The position numbers and the translations under genes are program-made. Shown piece by piece: positions 15,401 through 53,226 of a stretch of DNA of 64,000 nt; within the stretch, counting starts at the first letter, position 1, and each line of letters opens with the position of its first letter. Location: assembly GCF_009914755.1 (NCBI RefSeq), contig NC_060948.1. One strand, given 5' to 3'. Under the pieces are notes generated by a model. That model was not told the origin of the DNA, did no database searches, and saw only the letters and a program-made list of their open reading frames with translations. The stretch is from the human T2T-CHM13v2.0 reference genome, Homo sapiens.

Positions 15401-16195
15401 TGGCTTTTCTCTCTCCTCTTGGTTTGTCTAGCTAGCACTTTATCAATTTTGTTTATATTTTCAAAGTACTAACTTTTTGTTTCAATGTTTTTGGTCTCTT
15501 TGATTTTAGTTCTGCTAATGTTATTATTATTCCTTTATTCTGATAAATTTTGATTATTTGTGTTCATGCTTTCTAGTTTCTTGAGGGACATTTTTATATT
15601 GTTAATTTGTAAAATCTTTTTACTTTCTTGATGTAGGTGTTTATTGGTGTGAACTATCCTTTTAGCTTTTTTTTTTTTTTGCTGTATTGCACACGTTTCA
15701 TATGTTGCATTTCCACTTTCAATTGTTTAAAGCAATTTTTAAATAAATTTTAAGAATTTTTTCGTTACTTATTGGTCATTCAGGAGAATGTTGCTTAAAT
15801 TTTATGTACTTATGTAGTATAATTTCCAGAGTTCTGGCAGATATTTCTTTCCAGTTTTATTCTATTACAGTATAATAAAAATATTTGATATGATTTTGAC
15901 TTTCTAAAATATATGAAGACTTATGAATGCTGATATATGGTCTATCCTGGGAAATGTTTTACATGCTCATTTTAAAAAAGTCTATTCTGCAGTTGTTGAA
16001 TAGAGTGTTCTGTAAATATCTATTTGGTTTAAAATACAGCCTAACCCAATGTTTCTTTATTGAGTTTTGGTACAAATGAACTGTCTAATGCTGAAGGTGG
16101 GGTATTGCAGTCCTCTTAATATTATTATATTACAATATCTCTCTCTTCTTAGACTTAATAATATTTGTTTATGATTCTCAGTACTCTAGTGTTAG

Positions 16196-16238
<43 letters not shown>

Positions 16239-17320
16239 AAATTATTACCACCTCATTTGATTGCTCCCATTATTATAATATAATAACCTACTTGGCATTT
16301 TTTTCCTTTTCACTGTTCTTGATTTAAAGTTTGTTTTATCTGATATGGGTACAGGTAGGTACTTCAGTTGATTTTTGGTTTCTATTTACATGGAATATAT
16401 AAATTTACATCCCTTTATTTTCGGTCTGTATGTGTGATTGCTGGAAAGGTGAGCTTCTTGTAAATGGCATATAAGTGGATCATGATTAGTACATTCATCC
16501 AGTAATTCTACATCTTTTAACTGAAGAATGTAGTCCGTTTACATTGAGATTTTTATTACTTGTGAGGTTTATTTCTTGTTATATTAATTATTTTCTGGTG
16601 GTTTATACATTTTATTATTTTCTTTTTCTCATATATCTCCCATTATGGTTTACTGATTTCTGTGGTGATATCATTTACATGCTTTCTTTTCTTTCTTTTT
16701 GTGAAAACTTTACATGTAAGTTTTATAATTCTGTGTAATTTGATAATGGTAAATGTCTTCCTTTACTTCCATGTTTAGGACTTCCTGGAACGTTTTTTCT
16801 AGGTCCAGTCTAGTGGTAACAAATTTCCTCAGAATTTCCTTGTCTGGGAAGACATTATTTCTCCTTCATTTAGAAAGGATAGAATTGCTGGATATTTTAT
16901 TCTTGACTTACAGTGTTTTTTCCCTAAGCACTATAAATATATCATTTTATTATTTTTGGGGTGAAACATTTCTGCTCAAAAGTCTGCATTAATTCGGTGA
17001 TTTTTTTTCTTCATACAAATTTATTTGCTTTTCTGTTGCTGTTTTTAAGATTCACTCTTTGAATTTTACTTTAGACAAATTATAATGTGTCACAAGTATA
17101 ACTTTTTGCATTGTGTTTATCTGGGGATCATTCACCCTCCTATATCTGAATGTTTATATATATATATACGAATATATAAATATTGATAGATGGGAAGATT
17201 TTAGCTATTATTTTATTAAATATGTTTTCTAGTTTTAAAATTTTCTATTCACCCTTAATATATTAATAATTTACACATTTAGTTGCTGTATGTTGTCCTA
17301 AATGTCATGAAGGCTTTCAT
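12500..17320 (-). mobile_element. Old L1MA-like element, 3'UTR through ORF2 into ORF1 (left part)
   Basis: Continuous diverged antisense L1 sequence; resumes at ~24070 after the nested L1PA7. Confidence 0.85.
16200..16234. repeat. (TA)n microsatellite
   Basis: About 17 TA units. Confidence 0.97.
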
Positions 17321-24066
<6,746 letters not shown>

Positions 24067-24069
24067 TCT

Positions 24070-26100
24070 TATTTTTAATTTTTTTAAATTTTATCCGTGT
24101 TATTTCAAAATGCTTGTCTTCATGTTTTAATATTATTTCTTCTGCCTGAGATGGTCTATTGTAGCTTTAAAATGTACTTGTATTTTCTTCAATTATTCAG
24201 TTCCAGAAGTCCTATATTTTTTATCTTTCTTAATTATCTATCTATTTGGTAAAGTTTTCATTCATATTCTTTTTTTATGTGCTTAGCACTTTTTTTATTA
24301 TACTGTGAACTTTAGGGTACATGTGCACAGTGTGCAAGTTTGTTACATATGTATGCATGTGCCATGTTGGTGTGCTGCACCCATTAACTCTTCATTTAAC
24401 ATTAGATATATCTCCTAATGCTATCCCTCCCCCCTCCCTCCACCCCTCAAAGGCTCCAGTTTGTGATATTCCCCTTCCTGTGTCCATGTGTTCTCATTGT
24501 TCAATTCCCACCTATGAGTGAGAACATGTGGTGTTTGGTTTTTTGTCCTTGTGATAGTTTGCTGAGAGTGATGGTTTCCAGCTTTATCCATGTCCCTACA
24601 AAGGACATGAACTCATCCTTTTTTATGGCTGGTTGTTTTGTATCTGGTTTTTATTTTTTCATTCTTAATTGTTGTTCTGATTTGTTTGCATTAATTTTCT
24701 GATTCCCTTGTTTTTCAATATGCTTCTTTGAAATCAGGATTTTGAATTATTGACCCAGAATTTTGTGAATTTCATTTTGACTGAAATCTGTTGTTTGCAA
24801 ATTATTGTCTTTGATTGGTGGTGTTTTATTTTCTTGTTTGTTATGTTTTCTCTGTCCTTACATTAGTATCTACAATGGTGTAACAGTCACCTTTATAATT
24901 TTTTGAAACTGCATTCATTGAGAGAATTTTTTTCTGAAGAATATATGTGTTTTGCTGGTTGTATGGGATGATTTAACTTTCAATTTTTGGTGCCTACAAT
25001 GGTATGATCTCCATATAAGTTTTTTGAGAATACACAGGATTAGTTGTAGGATCCTGTTGTGGATCCTGGGGTGGGGGGCAATTTTGGGCCTCCAGGGAGC
25101 TTATTCTGATAAGATATAGGGAGTGGCAGTGATAAGCCAAGCATATAGATGATCCTTAGGACTCCTGGGCAACTAATGAGATGAGGGTGATGACAGAAGC
25201 AGTAGTGGAGCAACCCACTGGAACCCTAGTAGTTCATGCTGACACTAGTAGTGGCAGTAGAGGTTTGGGTGGGCCAGTTCTCTGGTCCACTAGTGTGGCA
25301 TGTTCAGGTTGATGTCAGCTGTGGTGGTAATGGCAGGTTGTGTTAGCCAGTGCTTAAATCCTGGGAGGAGCAACTGGGCTGAACAATTAATAGGCCTTGG
25401 ATGTACTGGGATCACCAGAATATGCCAGCAGACTTGTTCTCAGGCTCCTTGGTTGTACATACAGTTGCTGACTGTGACTGAAAGAAAAGAATGTTCTTCA
25501 GGGCACCGGCAGAGTGCTCACCTGTCAGCTGTGCCAGCTATGCTGCAGGGCTGCCACTGGGAAGTGTGAGGCCTCTCTCAGCTGGAGCAGCATCAGGAGG
25601 TAACAGTGGAGAGTGTGGCCAGCCTTTCTTTTGGTCTCACAACATTCCATTGCTGTTGTGTTAGGATTTGTTGTATGTGGACATGGGAGTGCTCGGTCTT
25701 CCCTATCTTTTCTCAGACCAGTGGTGGCAACAGCAGTGACCACATCATTCTGAATTCAGGACAGGACACAGACTCTGTGAGTTAACTCTCATAATAATAT
25801 TAAGCTGAAGCAACTCTGGACTCAAATGTTTGTAGTACTTTGTGTGATCTTTCTTTCTGGAACAATTTCTCCGTGCATTCTCTAGGCAGCTGTGTATGTT
25901 AGGTTTAATGACCACACAAGAGGAGAGATTCTCTCACAACTAAGATTGTTAAATCTCACAGTGCAAGTGTGAAGTTCTTTCTCTTACTTTTCTCCTGTAT
26001 CTAGTGTCTTCCCCTAGCTCTAAGCCTATTGCTTTGCTCTCCTTCCTCATTTTTGGTGGTTCCTATCACATCTCTGTTGAATCTCAGTATTCCTTCTTCG
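24070..26100 (-). mobile_element. Old L1MA-like element, ORF1 N-terminal region and 5' region (right part)
   Basis: Continues the L1M sequence broken at 17320 (TTATTTCAAAATGCTTGTCTTCA...); right boundary approximate. Confidence 0.65.
24291..24630 (-). mobile_element. 5'-truncated L1PA5/6-like 3' end
   Basis: TTATTATACT...GGGTACATGTGCACA...CATCCTTTTTTATGGCT. Confidence 0.9.
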
Positions 26101-26149
26101 AATCCATTTGAAGTATTGGTATTTTGCCATCTTGATTCTCCCTTCTCTC

Positions 26150-26980
26150 AAGTGGAAAAGTGGAATTTTTATCAAACCTTATGATTATGAGATAATCATA
26201 AGATTTTGTCCTTCATTCTGTGGATATTAATGGATTGGTGTTTGTTGGAACCATTCTTGCATCCCTGTAACAAATTCACTTGATGATGATGCATAATCTT
26301 TTGATTCACTGTTGAATTTTGTTTGCTACTATTGTGTTGAGTTTGTTTTTATCTATGTTCACCAGGGATAATGGCATTTTGTTTTCTTTTTTTGTGTGTT
26401 ATCATAATTTGTTGGTCAAGGTAATGCTCACTTCACAAAATAAGTCAGGGAGTATTCCTTTATCCTGTTTTGAAATAGTTGGAGGAGAATTGGCCTTAGT
26501 TCTTCTTTGTAAGTGGGCACAATCCAGCAATTAGGCTTTCCCGTCCTGTACTTTTCTTTGTTGGAAGACATTTATTATTAATTCAATTGTTACTGATTAT
26601 TGGTCAATTTTGATTATCTATTTCTCTTTAATTCAATCTTGGTAGGTTTTGTATGTGTTGCTATTTACTCATTACCTCTAGTTCTATTTTATTACTGGAT
26701 AGCTGTTCATAACAGTCTCTGATAATTTTTTTTTATTTTTGCATCAGTTGTAACATATTTTTTTATTTCTGATTTTATTTATTTGAATTTTTTCTTTTTC
26801 TTAGTTCCACTAGTGGCTTATTAGTTTTATATTTTTTCAAAAAATTTATGTTTTGCTTTTTTGTGTGTTTTTAAGTCTCTATTTGGTTCAGTTCTCCTCT
26901 GATATTTAGTAGGTCCTTTCTTCTATGAGTTTAGGTGTTCTATTGTTTTGCTTTTTATTAACTTTTATTTCATCTTTCTC
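26150..26980 (-). mobile_element. Old L1M ORF2 fragment
   Basis: TTTTGTCCTTCATTCTG, TCTATGTTCACCAGGGATA, ATTCAATCTTGGTAGG antisense ORF2 motifs. Confidence 0.75.
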
Positions 26981-26982
26981 TC

Positions 26983-33420
<6,438 letters not shown>

Positions 33421-34699
33421 GAGATGAGAGCATTATTTTCAATGGCATTTCCTGAGTCCTATGAAGTCTTTCTTCTAGTTCCATCCACACACTCCTCTGG
33501 AGACCTGAGGACAAATAGTGACAGATTAGATTAATTTATTCAATTAGAGATTTAGTCCATGTAGAGCAGTTCTGCTGTACATATTTGTATGCATTCTTTC
33601 TTTGTTAAGTTTTAAATATTAAGACCACAAGTATTTGTTAATTTTTTATTCCCTTAGAATACTTATAGTTATAAGGAAATATATATCAATATTTTAAAAT
33701 CTTTCTTTAAATATTGAACTCTCAATGCTAGAGCCAGATTCTGTTGCTTGAGTTCAAAAGCATCTTTTTCTATTATTAAACTAACATGAGTTTTTGTATA
33801 ACCTTTGTTAATTGATTCATGAATTGTTTGTTCTGTCTGCTTTACAAGCTCTATGAGAAAATTCATTCTTTACCCTCATGTAGAAAACATTTTCCAGACG
33901 TATTGCAGCTTGAACTTTCACTGAACAAGAACTCTCAGGCTTAAGTATTAAATTGTAGACATGGGGTGTGGATAATACCGTCATAGCTATGGAGAAAGTG
34001 GTAATGGTGTCACTGTGTTTGGAGGTGAAGGGCATATTAGACATCTCTCAACCTCATGTCTTGTTGAATACTGTGCACAGTTTTCTGCCTATATTAACTG
34101 GGACCAACAGTTAGTAGTCAGGCAAGAAGGAGGATCAAAGGGAGCTAGATAGAAACAGGTGAATATGAATGAAGATCTGGAAGTAAATTAAAACAATATA
34201 TGAGAAAATAAGAAAGAACAGAAAGATAATTTCTCATTACATTGTGCTTTTATTTCTTTTTAATGAACTCATCTTTTACCTAATGCTACTTAATCTTGGT
34301 AATGCTGCCAGGTGTGTGGTGGATGCTCAAGGGGTAGTCAGATTTTCTCATGTCTGGTAGCCAAGGAGAGGAACTATGTCATGGAGAAAATTGGAAGTGG
34401 GTACAGATAACCCTGTGCTCTGTGCTGAATCTGTGCTGAATCTCTGAAATCGGCAAAACCAGTAGGCAAAACATAGGCAGTTATGGGGAACTACATGTTT
34501 ACATACATCTTCACCTAAGCTGATTTGTCTTGATCTTGAAGAGGATTAAAAGGGAAAACATTTTATAGCTTCTCAATTTTGATCCACTTAAATGTTTTCC
34601 TCTCTCTCTGGTAAATCTTGCAAAGTAACCTAGGAGACTAGGAAACTTGGACAGCTATCTCAAATTTACTTCTCCCAGTGTACAGACTGAATCTAGGGG

Positions 34700-35330
34700 T
34701 TTTCTCCATGGGTTACTTTGTTTGCTTGGTGTAGGGGCTTTGTAGTTAAAGAGGACCATTAGCCTTACCATGTGCTCATGTTTCTTTCTTTATTCTGCAT
34801 CCCAAGTGACTGTCACAGCCTCAGTTCATGTTCTGGAATGTTGGGGTGATAATGTTGCCTCTAGATTCGCTTGTATGTGGGTGACACTGAAGCCAGATAA
34901 CTCCTACTTTGCCATTTTGCTGACATCACTGTCCTGTTTTGTCCTTTGTATTAGGGCCATGCTGTTATAAGTGTGGAAAGGAGGTCACTTTCCACCACAT
35001 ACTACTGCATACACTAGTGGTGCTGCCATCATTGAAGTGCGTAGGCTCCCTGTCATTCACTCGTCAATTCACAGGGGCCTGCCCATGTACCAGGGTTGTT
35101 TGAAAAAACAGATGCTGCCACTTGTTTCTCTGTTTATGATCAGGGGATTGAAAAAAGGGAAAGGCACATCCTTCTATCATTGGAAACACTATTTTCCCCA
35201 TTGGCCTCTTCCTACAGATATAGTTTATATTTTACTAAGGCATTAGTGTTATTATTGACTATCTGCTGAAGAAGTATGAGACCCAGGGTATAACAGAAAA
35301 CTGGGTGCACAGCAGCAATAAAGCATGTTC
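34700..35330 (-). mobile_element. Ancient class III (ERVL-like) pol/RNase H remnant
   Basis: Minus translation gives FNDGST...WKVTSF and VTHIQA, resembling FTDGS and VTHV.AH RNase H motifs; limits uncertain. Confidence 0.45.
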
Positions 35331-36089
35331 CTAAAGTGCCTTATTCTCTGTGTGGGCCCTGTATGAAGAAAAGAGCTGCCTTTCTAATACATTGTAATGA
35401 GTCATGGCATTCAGGTGACTATGTATGCAGAAAGTCATTGGTAGCAAGAATAGGTTATTTTTTACTCCATGGGCTCCAGGGTGTGCAATTGATGGCAGCA
35501 AGGTTCCTCAACACCAAACTCAAAAGTCAGTGGGAGCAGGATACTTAGGCTGAGGTAATAAAACCTCAGATAATGGGTTCAGGGACATAATTCGAGAAAA
35601 GTCACAATGTCATCCTGGGAAACACAATCTTTTTATGCTGGGACCTCTCCATAGCTGCAGAACAGTTCAAAAGTTCTGAACATTTGTCACTGCAATTTCA
35701 GGACAATTTTTAAAGCAATATCAAGAAACAGCATTATGTAGTGGCAGAAAGTAGCATAATAGAATACTGGCAAGCAGCAGGGAAACTAGAGAGGCAGACA
35801 GCAGTCTTCCAACCTAGTTTTCTGTATGATAAGTAGCTATGCAAAATGCATGAATCTTTCCTTATCTAAGAATCATTTGGGATTAATATTTCTAATTGTA
35901 TGAGATTACTATTTATGAGATAGTGTAAAAAGTCTGATAGCAAGGGCAGTTGAACAGTTTGTCATGAAGCTATGGTTAAAGAATGGCTCTGCAGATGTAT
36001 TTCTTGTTCATCTTGGTCAGGCTTGGCCAGGACTAGGCAGCAATCAACTGGTGTTTTCCTATTACTTTCCATACAATAACCTACATACA

Positions 36090-38640
<2,551 letters not shown>

Positions 38641-39559
38641 TAGGGGAACACATAAAGATTTATAGGGCTTTCAGTTACTGTAAGTGCCTGCAAAGGTGAG
38701 GATCTTTTGTCGGTGGGTAAGAAGGTTGAATTTCAAAAATGGCCAGTCCATTCTGAATGTATTTGGGGCCATGAACATGCATGGCTCTATTCCATATCTA
38801 CCTGTGCCTTACAGAATGAAGACATTGTGATTGGTCAGAGGGGCAAGTGGCTTAACCAGATTGTGGGGGTTTGGTTGGTTGGCATATATGTTAGTGGAGG
38901 TTGGTTGACTTCCAAGAAACCTCCATCAGCAGCTCGTTGTGCTGCATTACTAGATTCAGTATAGGGTCTCAAGGACTCTTGGAAGTTTCCAACAAGTTCT
39001 AGTCCAGTTGGATTTCTCAAACCTGCCTGGGTCAGCCCCATCTCCTGCCTCTTTGGCCATTGCTCAACTCTACACACAGAGCCATGCCCTTGGGGTAATC
39101 AAGAACTTATTCTAGGACTTCAGTCTCTCTCCCTACATTAAGCACCCAAAGTAGTGGCTGAAAGGGGTAATAAAGTAACATCTTACAATTCTGTACTGCC
39201 TGAATGAGGACCAGAGGCCTTTGGAAAACATGACTCCTGGGTGTCTCTTATCTGATAATTAATTAGCTGCCCCTATATGGTTTCTAGCTCCCAGAGTATC
39301 TGGCTTCCTCTGAGAAGTGAAAAATGAATGTTTTGGGGTCGTTTTATTTCATCTTCAGAGTCCAATTTGAGTCCTTTACTACACCTCAATCCATAACCAT
39401 TACTACCTCCCCTGCCTGTCCAATCTTACCTGCTCTCATGTCAAAAATACCACAGCCACTGCAGATGGCTTCAGAACTTCCCTGCCTTATTTTTTAGAAA
39501 AATTCTCCACTCTATATGCCCTGATTAGGAGACTGACTGCTGGGATCTTCTTATTATTT

Positions 39560-39860
39560 TATTTATTTATTTTTTATTTTTTTAACTTTTTATTTTGAAA
39601 TAGAGATTCACAGGAAGTTACAAAGGTAATACAGAGATCATCCATGTTTCCTTCACCTACTTTTCCCCTATAATTACATCTTAAAGTATGAGAAGCAGGA
39701 ATTTGATATTGATGACATATGTTTGTGTAGTTCAGTGTATTTTATCAAATATGCAGATTTATGTGACCGCTACTGTAAAGAGCTATTCCATCACCACAAA
39801 TATCACCCTTATGCCACCTCTTAACAGTCATACCTCTCTCCCTCCCCCAATAATTTCCTT
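39560..39860 (-). mobile_element. Old L1M (MC/ME-like) 3' end
   Basis: TTTTATTTTGAAATAGAGATTCACAGGAAGTTACAAAG, TATTCCATCACCACAAA. Confidence 0.7.
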
Positions 39861-39869
39861 TTTTAACAT

Positions 39870-43530
<3,661 letters not shown>

Positions 43531-45464
43531 ACCCTTATTATTATTTGAAAAATAAAAGAACTTACTCTGGGAAAAAAAAAAAGGCCAGTTACCACAAATG
43601 GTAATGGTAGCTTGGGCTGAACTGGGTTAACACAGCAATGTCCTAGGGCTCTCTGTCTTAGAAGGGACTCAATAAAGGGTGTGTGTGTGTCTGTGTGTGT
43701 TTGTGTGTGTGTTTCTCTGTTTGGCTTCATTTCTCTCCTTTCTGCATGACTTTCACTGTTTGTTTATTTTGATTGCACATTAGTTCTGCTTGAAAGTCAG
43801 TGCATGGAGCTAGCTCAAGTGTCCTGGGGATTCACTGTGCCATATTTGCATAAGACTAGGGTATGTGCAGAGTGTGTAATGGAGTTCAGTTGTAATGACC
43901 TTTTGTTTTCTTATCCTAGTTTAACTCAAAAACCATCACCCTAATATTTAAGTACTGGCTCCATTTCCTGTCTATTTCATGGAAAGACCATTAATTTCAT
44001 TGAGGTAGCAGCCCAGATCTAGTAAGTAAGGGGGTCTAATCTGGTATACATTAGAATAGTAACTGGCAATTTGGACTTTGTGTCATGGGTGAAAATTTCC
44101 AGCTTCTCTAGGTGGTGGGCAGAAGACTCACTTCCTTTGAACTCCACCCCCTCCAGAACACGCTTCTCCCATCCCAATGAGGACACTCTTTCGGAAACTT
44201 CCTTTAACCTTAAATAGAAGAGAGTCTTTCTTGATGGGGATGTTCAGGAAATGGAGCCAGTGCTCACATATTAAGGTGCTGGTTCTTGGGTTAAACCAGG
44301 CTAAGACAGCACCACATGAGGATGGGCTCAGGAAATAGCTCTGACAGGTCTCTAGTATTTTTTTCTGGTCCCTTGTTTGCAAATGCCTAGAGGGAGATCT
44401 CATTGGCCACCACAGTATGTTTGGGTGTGTGTGTGTGCGCGCATGTGTTCACACGCACGCATATCCCCCTGTGGGTTTGTGTGTATTCATTGCTTTGTTT
44501 TTCTCCTGTCTGCATTAAGCCTATGGACATGCTGAAGCACCTTGATGTTTACTGAAATCGGGGCAAATACACATACTTTAATACCTAAGGCCTCAATGTG
44601 TGACATTTACTCAAAAATGGTGTGTACATACTGACTGGGTGATGATGTTTAGAGACAAGAAACACTGATTTTTGTGCCCCATTGTTATTGCAAAATGACA
44701 TTTTTAAAAACTGGATAACATAGTAAGTCTGTGGAGAGATCTACTCTGCCATAGGATGAGATAGCAGCCTGTGGTTCAGAACACTGGCTTGAGTCTAAAA
44801 AATCTTAAGGCCTCCAGTTGTTGGCAGAGACAAAGAAGGTAGAATGCATTTGTCTGAGGGTCATAGTTGGGGGTTTTACTTACTCCTACATAGTCCTGGA
44901 TTTGTGTGAACCTTTTAGTGTGTAGTGCTAGGTGTTCTTTCTCCTGTGCCACAGGAAGGTCTAGGGAGCTGCTAAAGGGTGTGGGGACAGAGGGTCAGAT
45001 GATGTTTGCAGAGAGTCTTACGGTTGCCTGTGGCAAAACAAAAGAGACTTAAATTCTTGATGGTGGGAAGGACAACAAAAGCCTATACAACCTGTTATTC
45101 TTAATCTGTCTCTTATCCTAATCCAGACATGGCTTAACACCCTTAGCTAGAGATTGCAAAGGAGACTGTGCCTGTGTGTGTTTGTGTGCCCTTGCATATT
45201 GGCAGATTCATATTGGTACCCCAAGCATCCATGCCTTTAGTTGCAGTTTCATTAAGCTCAGGTCCATTCTCATGCTAAAGAGTCTCTAAACTGCCTTAAG
45301 CTTCCTAGTGCATGCATGTGCAATTTGCTCCTCTTGTCTGGTTTGCCTTGGTAATTCTTGCTCCATTCTGCCAACTGATTCAGAACTAACTTATTAGCCA
45401 TTATTTATAGAAGTTTAATTAGAAGTGAATCAGACAAAATGGAGACTTGAAACGGGTCAAGACT

Positions 45465-46210
45465 ATTTTTAAGAGACATTATTGTTTCAGAAAACTTGTG
45501 AATGTACAGCAAAATTGAGGGCAGAATACAGAGAGTTTCCATATGCCCTCAGTTCCTATACACTCTCAGATGCCCCCACTAACAACATCCTACACCAGAG
45601 TAGAAAATGTATTACAATCAGTGAACTTATATTGACACAGTAATATCACATGGAATTCAGAGTTTACCTTAGGATTTACTCTTGTAAACGTTTGGAGAAA
45701 TGTATAATTGCAATGAAACAAATGATTATTATGTCAGCTATTTTAATATTATGCAGCATATTTTTACTACCATAATAATCCTGTGTTCTACCTATGTATT
45801 TTTTCTTTATTTCCCCTAATCACCAGAAATCACTAATCTTTACAATTTCTTTGTAGATTTGCCTTTCTCTCAATGTCATCTACTGGGAATAATGTAGTAG
45901 ATAACTTTCAGAATTGCTTCTTTCAGTTATTAATATGCATTCAAGATTTCTCTTTGTCTTTTCATGGCTCAATAGGTAATTTCTTTTCAAAGATGACCAA
46001 TATATCATTTTCCAAATATAGCAAAGTTTTATTTATCAGTTAACTTATTGAAAGACACTTTTGTTTCACTTAACTTTTGGCATCTATGAACAAAGCTGCT
46101 ATAATCACACATGCAAGTTATTGTTTAGACATCAGCTTTTATGCTATTTAAATAAAGACCAAGGTGTGCTACTGCCGGATCACATAGGAATAGTAGGTAT
46201 AGTTTTGTCC
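45465..46210 (-). mobile_element. Old L1MC-like 3' end
   Basis: ACAGCAAAATTGAGGGCAGAATACAGAGAGTTTCCATAT, ATGAACAAAGCTGCTATAA. Confidence 0.75.
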
Positions 46211-46320
46211 ATATTAATAGAGTATTTTAGATTGTAGAAGATAACATATTAATATACTGAGAAATTAATTCTATGAAGACAGTAAAACTTGAAGATTAAG
46301 AACTACATAATCATGAGAGC

Positions 46321-46733
46321 TGTTAAATGATAAAATTAGACACATTGAAATATTAAGAACTTTATTTAAAGAGTCAACAACTCATGAGTCTGTTAGACCC
46401 ATATTACAAGTAGTTTAGAGACCCAAAAGAGTGAGTTAGTGAGGGTGGGCATAAACTTTTACAAGGTGAATGTTGGAGAAGGAGAAAAACATACATATAT
46501 ATTTGATTGGATAAAGTGAAACGGTGGCCTCATTGGAAATATTGCTACAGAACATTCTTCAGAGGTTCGTTGGTGGCTTCTGGTTGGTTGAGGTTAAGCT
46601 TCCCTTTATTATTTACATTGAGTCAAGTTTCACTATTTACACTGAATCAAGATTGGGTTTGTTTAAGGAGAGACTCAGGACACAGGAGCCTCCACAGCCT
46701 AATGGTTTCCCACTGATTTGATTATTTTTAACA
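46321..46733 (-). mobile_element. Solo ERV1-class LTR (MER31/MER67-like)
   Basis: TGTTAAA...TTTAACA termini, TTTATT and GATTGG motifs; family uncertain. Confidence 0.6.
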
Positions 46734-46777
46734 GAGAAGATTATATTAAAAGTTAGACTGATGTCATCTAAGTCTTA

Positions 46778-47102
<325 letters not shown>

Positions 47103-47607
47103 CTGATGTCATTGAAGTCTTTTATCTCAGATTTGCCTTATACCAGAAGTAAGAGGCACTTTTTTCTTACATATTAGACAGAGGAAGATAAGGTAGGTAC
47201 AGACTGTTCATATTACTTTCGGGAGCAATGGAAAAACAATTGGTTTTTGCCTGGCAAAATATATTTTTTAATAATTTGTCAAAATATTAGGTGGAAGAGG
47301 TTGAATAAAGGTTGAACATAGAAGATATTTGTTATACTTGTTGGGTTTCTGAAGAAATGGTATCACTGGAGAAACATAAATTTTTACTTATTTCTAGAAA
47401 TATTTAGGGCCAATTTGTTGTGTGGATAATTTGAACTTATGAGAATACTTTCTGACCTCTGTTTAATACTCCTCTTGTTCATCTGAGTGGTGTCCTTGAG
47501 AAAACAAAGAGTGAAGCTCATCCAGAAATGGGATTGTGTCAGATAAAGGGAGAGCAGCAAGTGAGCGTCTAATGTGTTAATGAAAATTTGACTTCTGAAG
47601 TGGTTGA

Positions 47608-47936
<329 letters not shown>

Positions 47937-48889
47937 GTGTTTGGCATTTTGAGTAAAGGGGAGGGTGGGTATACAGATCAGATGTGTTGTTTATTTATTC
48001 TCTTAACAGATAAAATTACAAGATTAATGAACTGTACTTCTTGACAAGGCTGAAGTATTTGTACAAATGCTCTGAAGGGTAGGATGGTGCAGTCAGTCTC
48101 TTTATTCAGAAATCAGTAGAACATGTCTACAAGCAGTGAAGAGAAATCATTTAAAAATATGTGAAAACAGAAGGTTTCTCAAAGCAAGTGGCACCATAAT
48201 CATAACAGAATATCCCCAGAATAAACTGAGCTGTCTGCCTTCAGCCTTGGGTAGTGCCTATTGTCTGCCCCAGTGATATGTTACAATGATTTGTGATCAC
48301 AGTGCCTCAAAATAGACTAATGTATATTGAGTAAAATTAAGCCCACAGTAAAGCTACCCAACCATCCCCACAGAGATAAACAATATGAATGGCTGAGGAG
48401 AAAAGGTACGCTTGCTGCACCCAGGGTAATGAGAGATGTAAAACAAACTGACAGAAATCAAAAGATGGATGATGTAATGAGAATAAACCCACATGCAGAG
48501 AATTATAAAACCAACAGAGACCAGGTCTTGTCCAAAATGCCTTTGGAGGCTTTGCTCATGATAACTTTGAGAACTTTTCCAGATCTGATGGCTGCTACTG
48601 GCATCTCTTCCTAGAAGAAGCACTGGTCACTTCATTGACTGCCTTCTGAAGGATGTCCAGAACCACTGGACTTCTCTGGAGGCACATTGGTGTCCTAGGT
48701 AATCACTGTGGTTTCTTACCTTACTACTGCCTTTGTATAGAATTAATTGCATAAATGATAGTGCCAAGGTTTTTTGATAAACGGTTAATGTCAGTGTACA
48801 TAATTGGCTGTTGGTTGCTCTAAAACCTCACAGCTTTAGTAAGAGTTAGCACAGCTTGGAAGATTTCACCTTATTCACATTATTGGTGG

Positions 48890-49191
48890 GGATAATAGAC
48901 CACTCACAGGCTGCTATAAAGTAATACCCAAGAATGTGTAATTAATAAATAAAAGACTTTGACTCACTGCTCCACATGGCTGTGGAGGCTTCAGGAAACT
49001 TAAAATCATGTTGGAAGACACCTCCTCACAGGATGGCAGGAGAGAGAATGAGTACAAGCAGGGGAAATTCCAGAGGCTTATAAAACCCTCAGATCTCATG
49101 AGAACTCACTCACTATCATGAGAACAACATGAGGGAAACCAATCCCATGATACAATTGCTTTCCAATAGGTCCCTCCCATGACACATGGGG
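48890..49191 (-). mobile_element. Partial THE1/MST (MaLR) LTR
   Basis: CAGATCTCATGAGAACTCACTCACTATCATGAGAAC...GGTCCCTCCCATGACACATGGGG, cut by an L1. Confidence 0.88.
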
Positions 49192-50415
<1,224 letters not shown>

Positions 50416-50584
50416 AATAACAAAAATGTGATCTGTATTATAATATGGAAATGTATGTATAAATTATATAGAAGCATAAATTAAAATATATGAATGAATA
50501 GAGATTTGAATTATGATCTGATCTGTGGTCAGCTATTTTAAATATTTTCTATATCATCTAAATTGGAAAGTATTGCCTAGTTGA

Positions 50585-51016
50585 TTTTTTTTTTTTTTTT
50601 TTTTGAGGTGGAGTTTTGTGTTTGTCACCTAGGCTGGAGTACAATGGTACAATCTAGGCTCACTGCAACCTCTGCCTCCCAGGGTTCAAGCGAGTTTTCT
50701 TTAAGCATCATTTTCAATTGTTCATTGCTGGTATGCAAAAGTACAGTTGGTTTGTTTATACTGATGTTTTGTACTGCAACCTTGCTGAACCCATTTACTA
50801 GCTGTGATTTTTTTTGTATGGATTCCTTTAAATTTTCTACATACATAACATGTCATTTTAAATACAGGTAGTTTCACATCTTTTTTAATCTCTATACCTT
50901 TTATTTTTTTCTCTCTACCCCAAAACCTAATTGTGTTGGTTAAAACCTCTAGTATTGTATTGAAAAATAATTTATGTTTCACTTATTTTTGATATGAGAG
51001 AAAGTTTTCAGTCTTT
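50585..51016 (-). mobile_element. Truncated Alu right arm (50585-50696) followed by old L1M ORF2 fragment
   Basis: Poly-T, GGCTCACTGCAACCTCTGCCTCC; then TTGTTCATTGCTGGTAT...CTGCAACCTTGCTGAAC. Confidence 0.75.

Positions 51017-53226
<2,210 letters not shown>

Noticed and set aside
33700-33870. Possible MIR fragment (also ~35790-35900)
   Set aside because: Similarity too weak to call by eye
38650-39520. Possible ancient ERV internal or coding remnant
   Set aside because: No motif recognisable with confidence
48327-48623. Overlapping 95/89-aa ORFs in non-repeat sequence
   Set aside because: No recognisable homology, splice structure or poly-A
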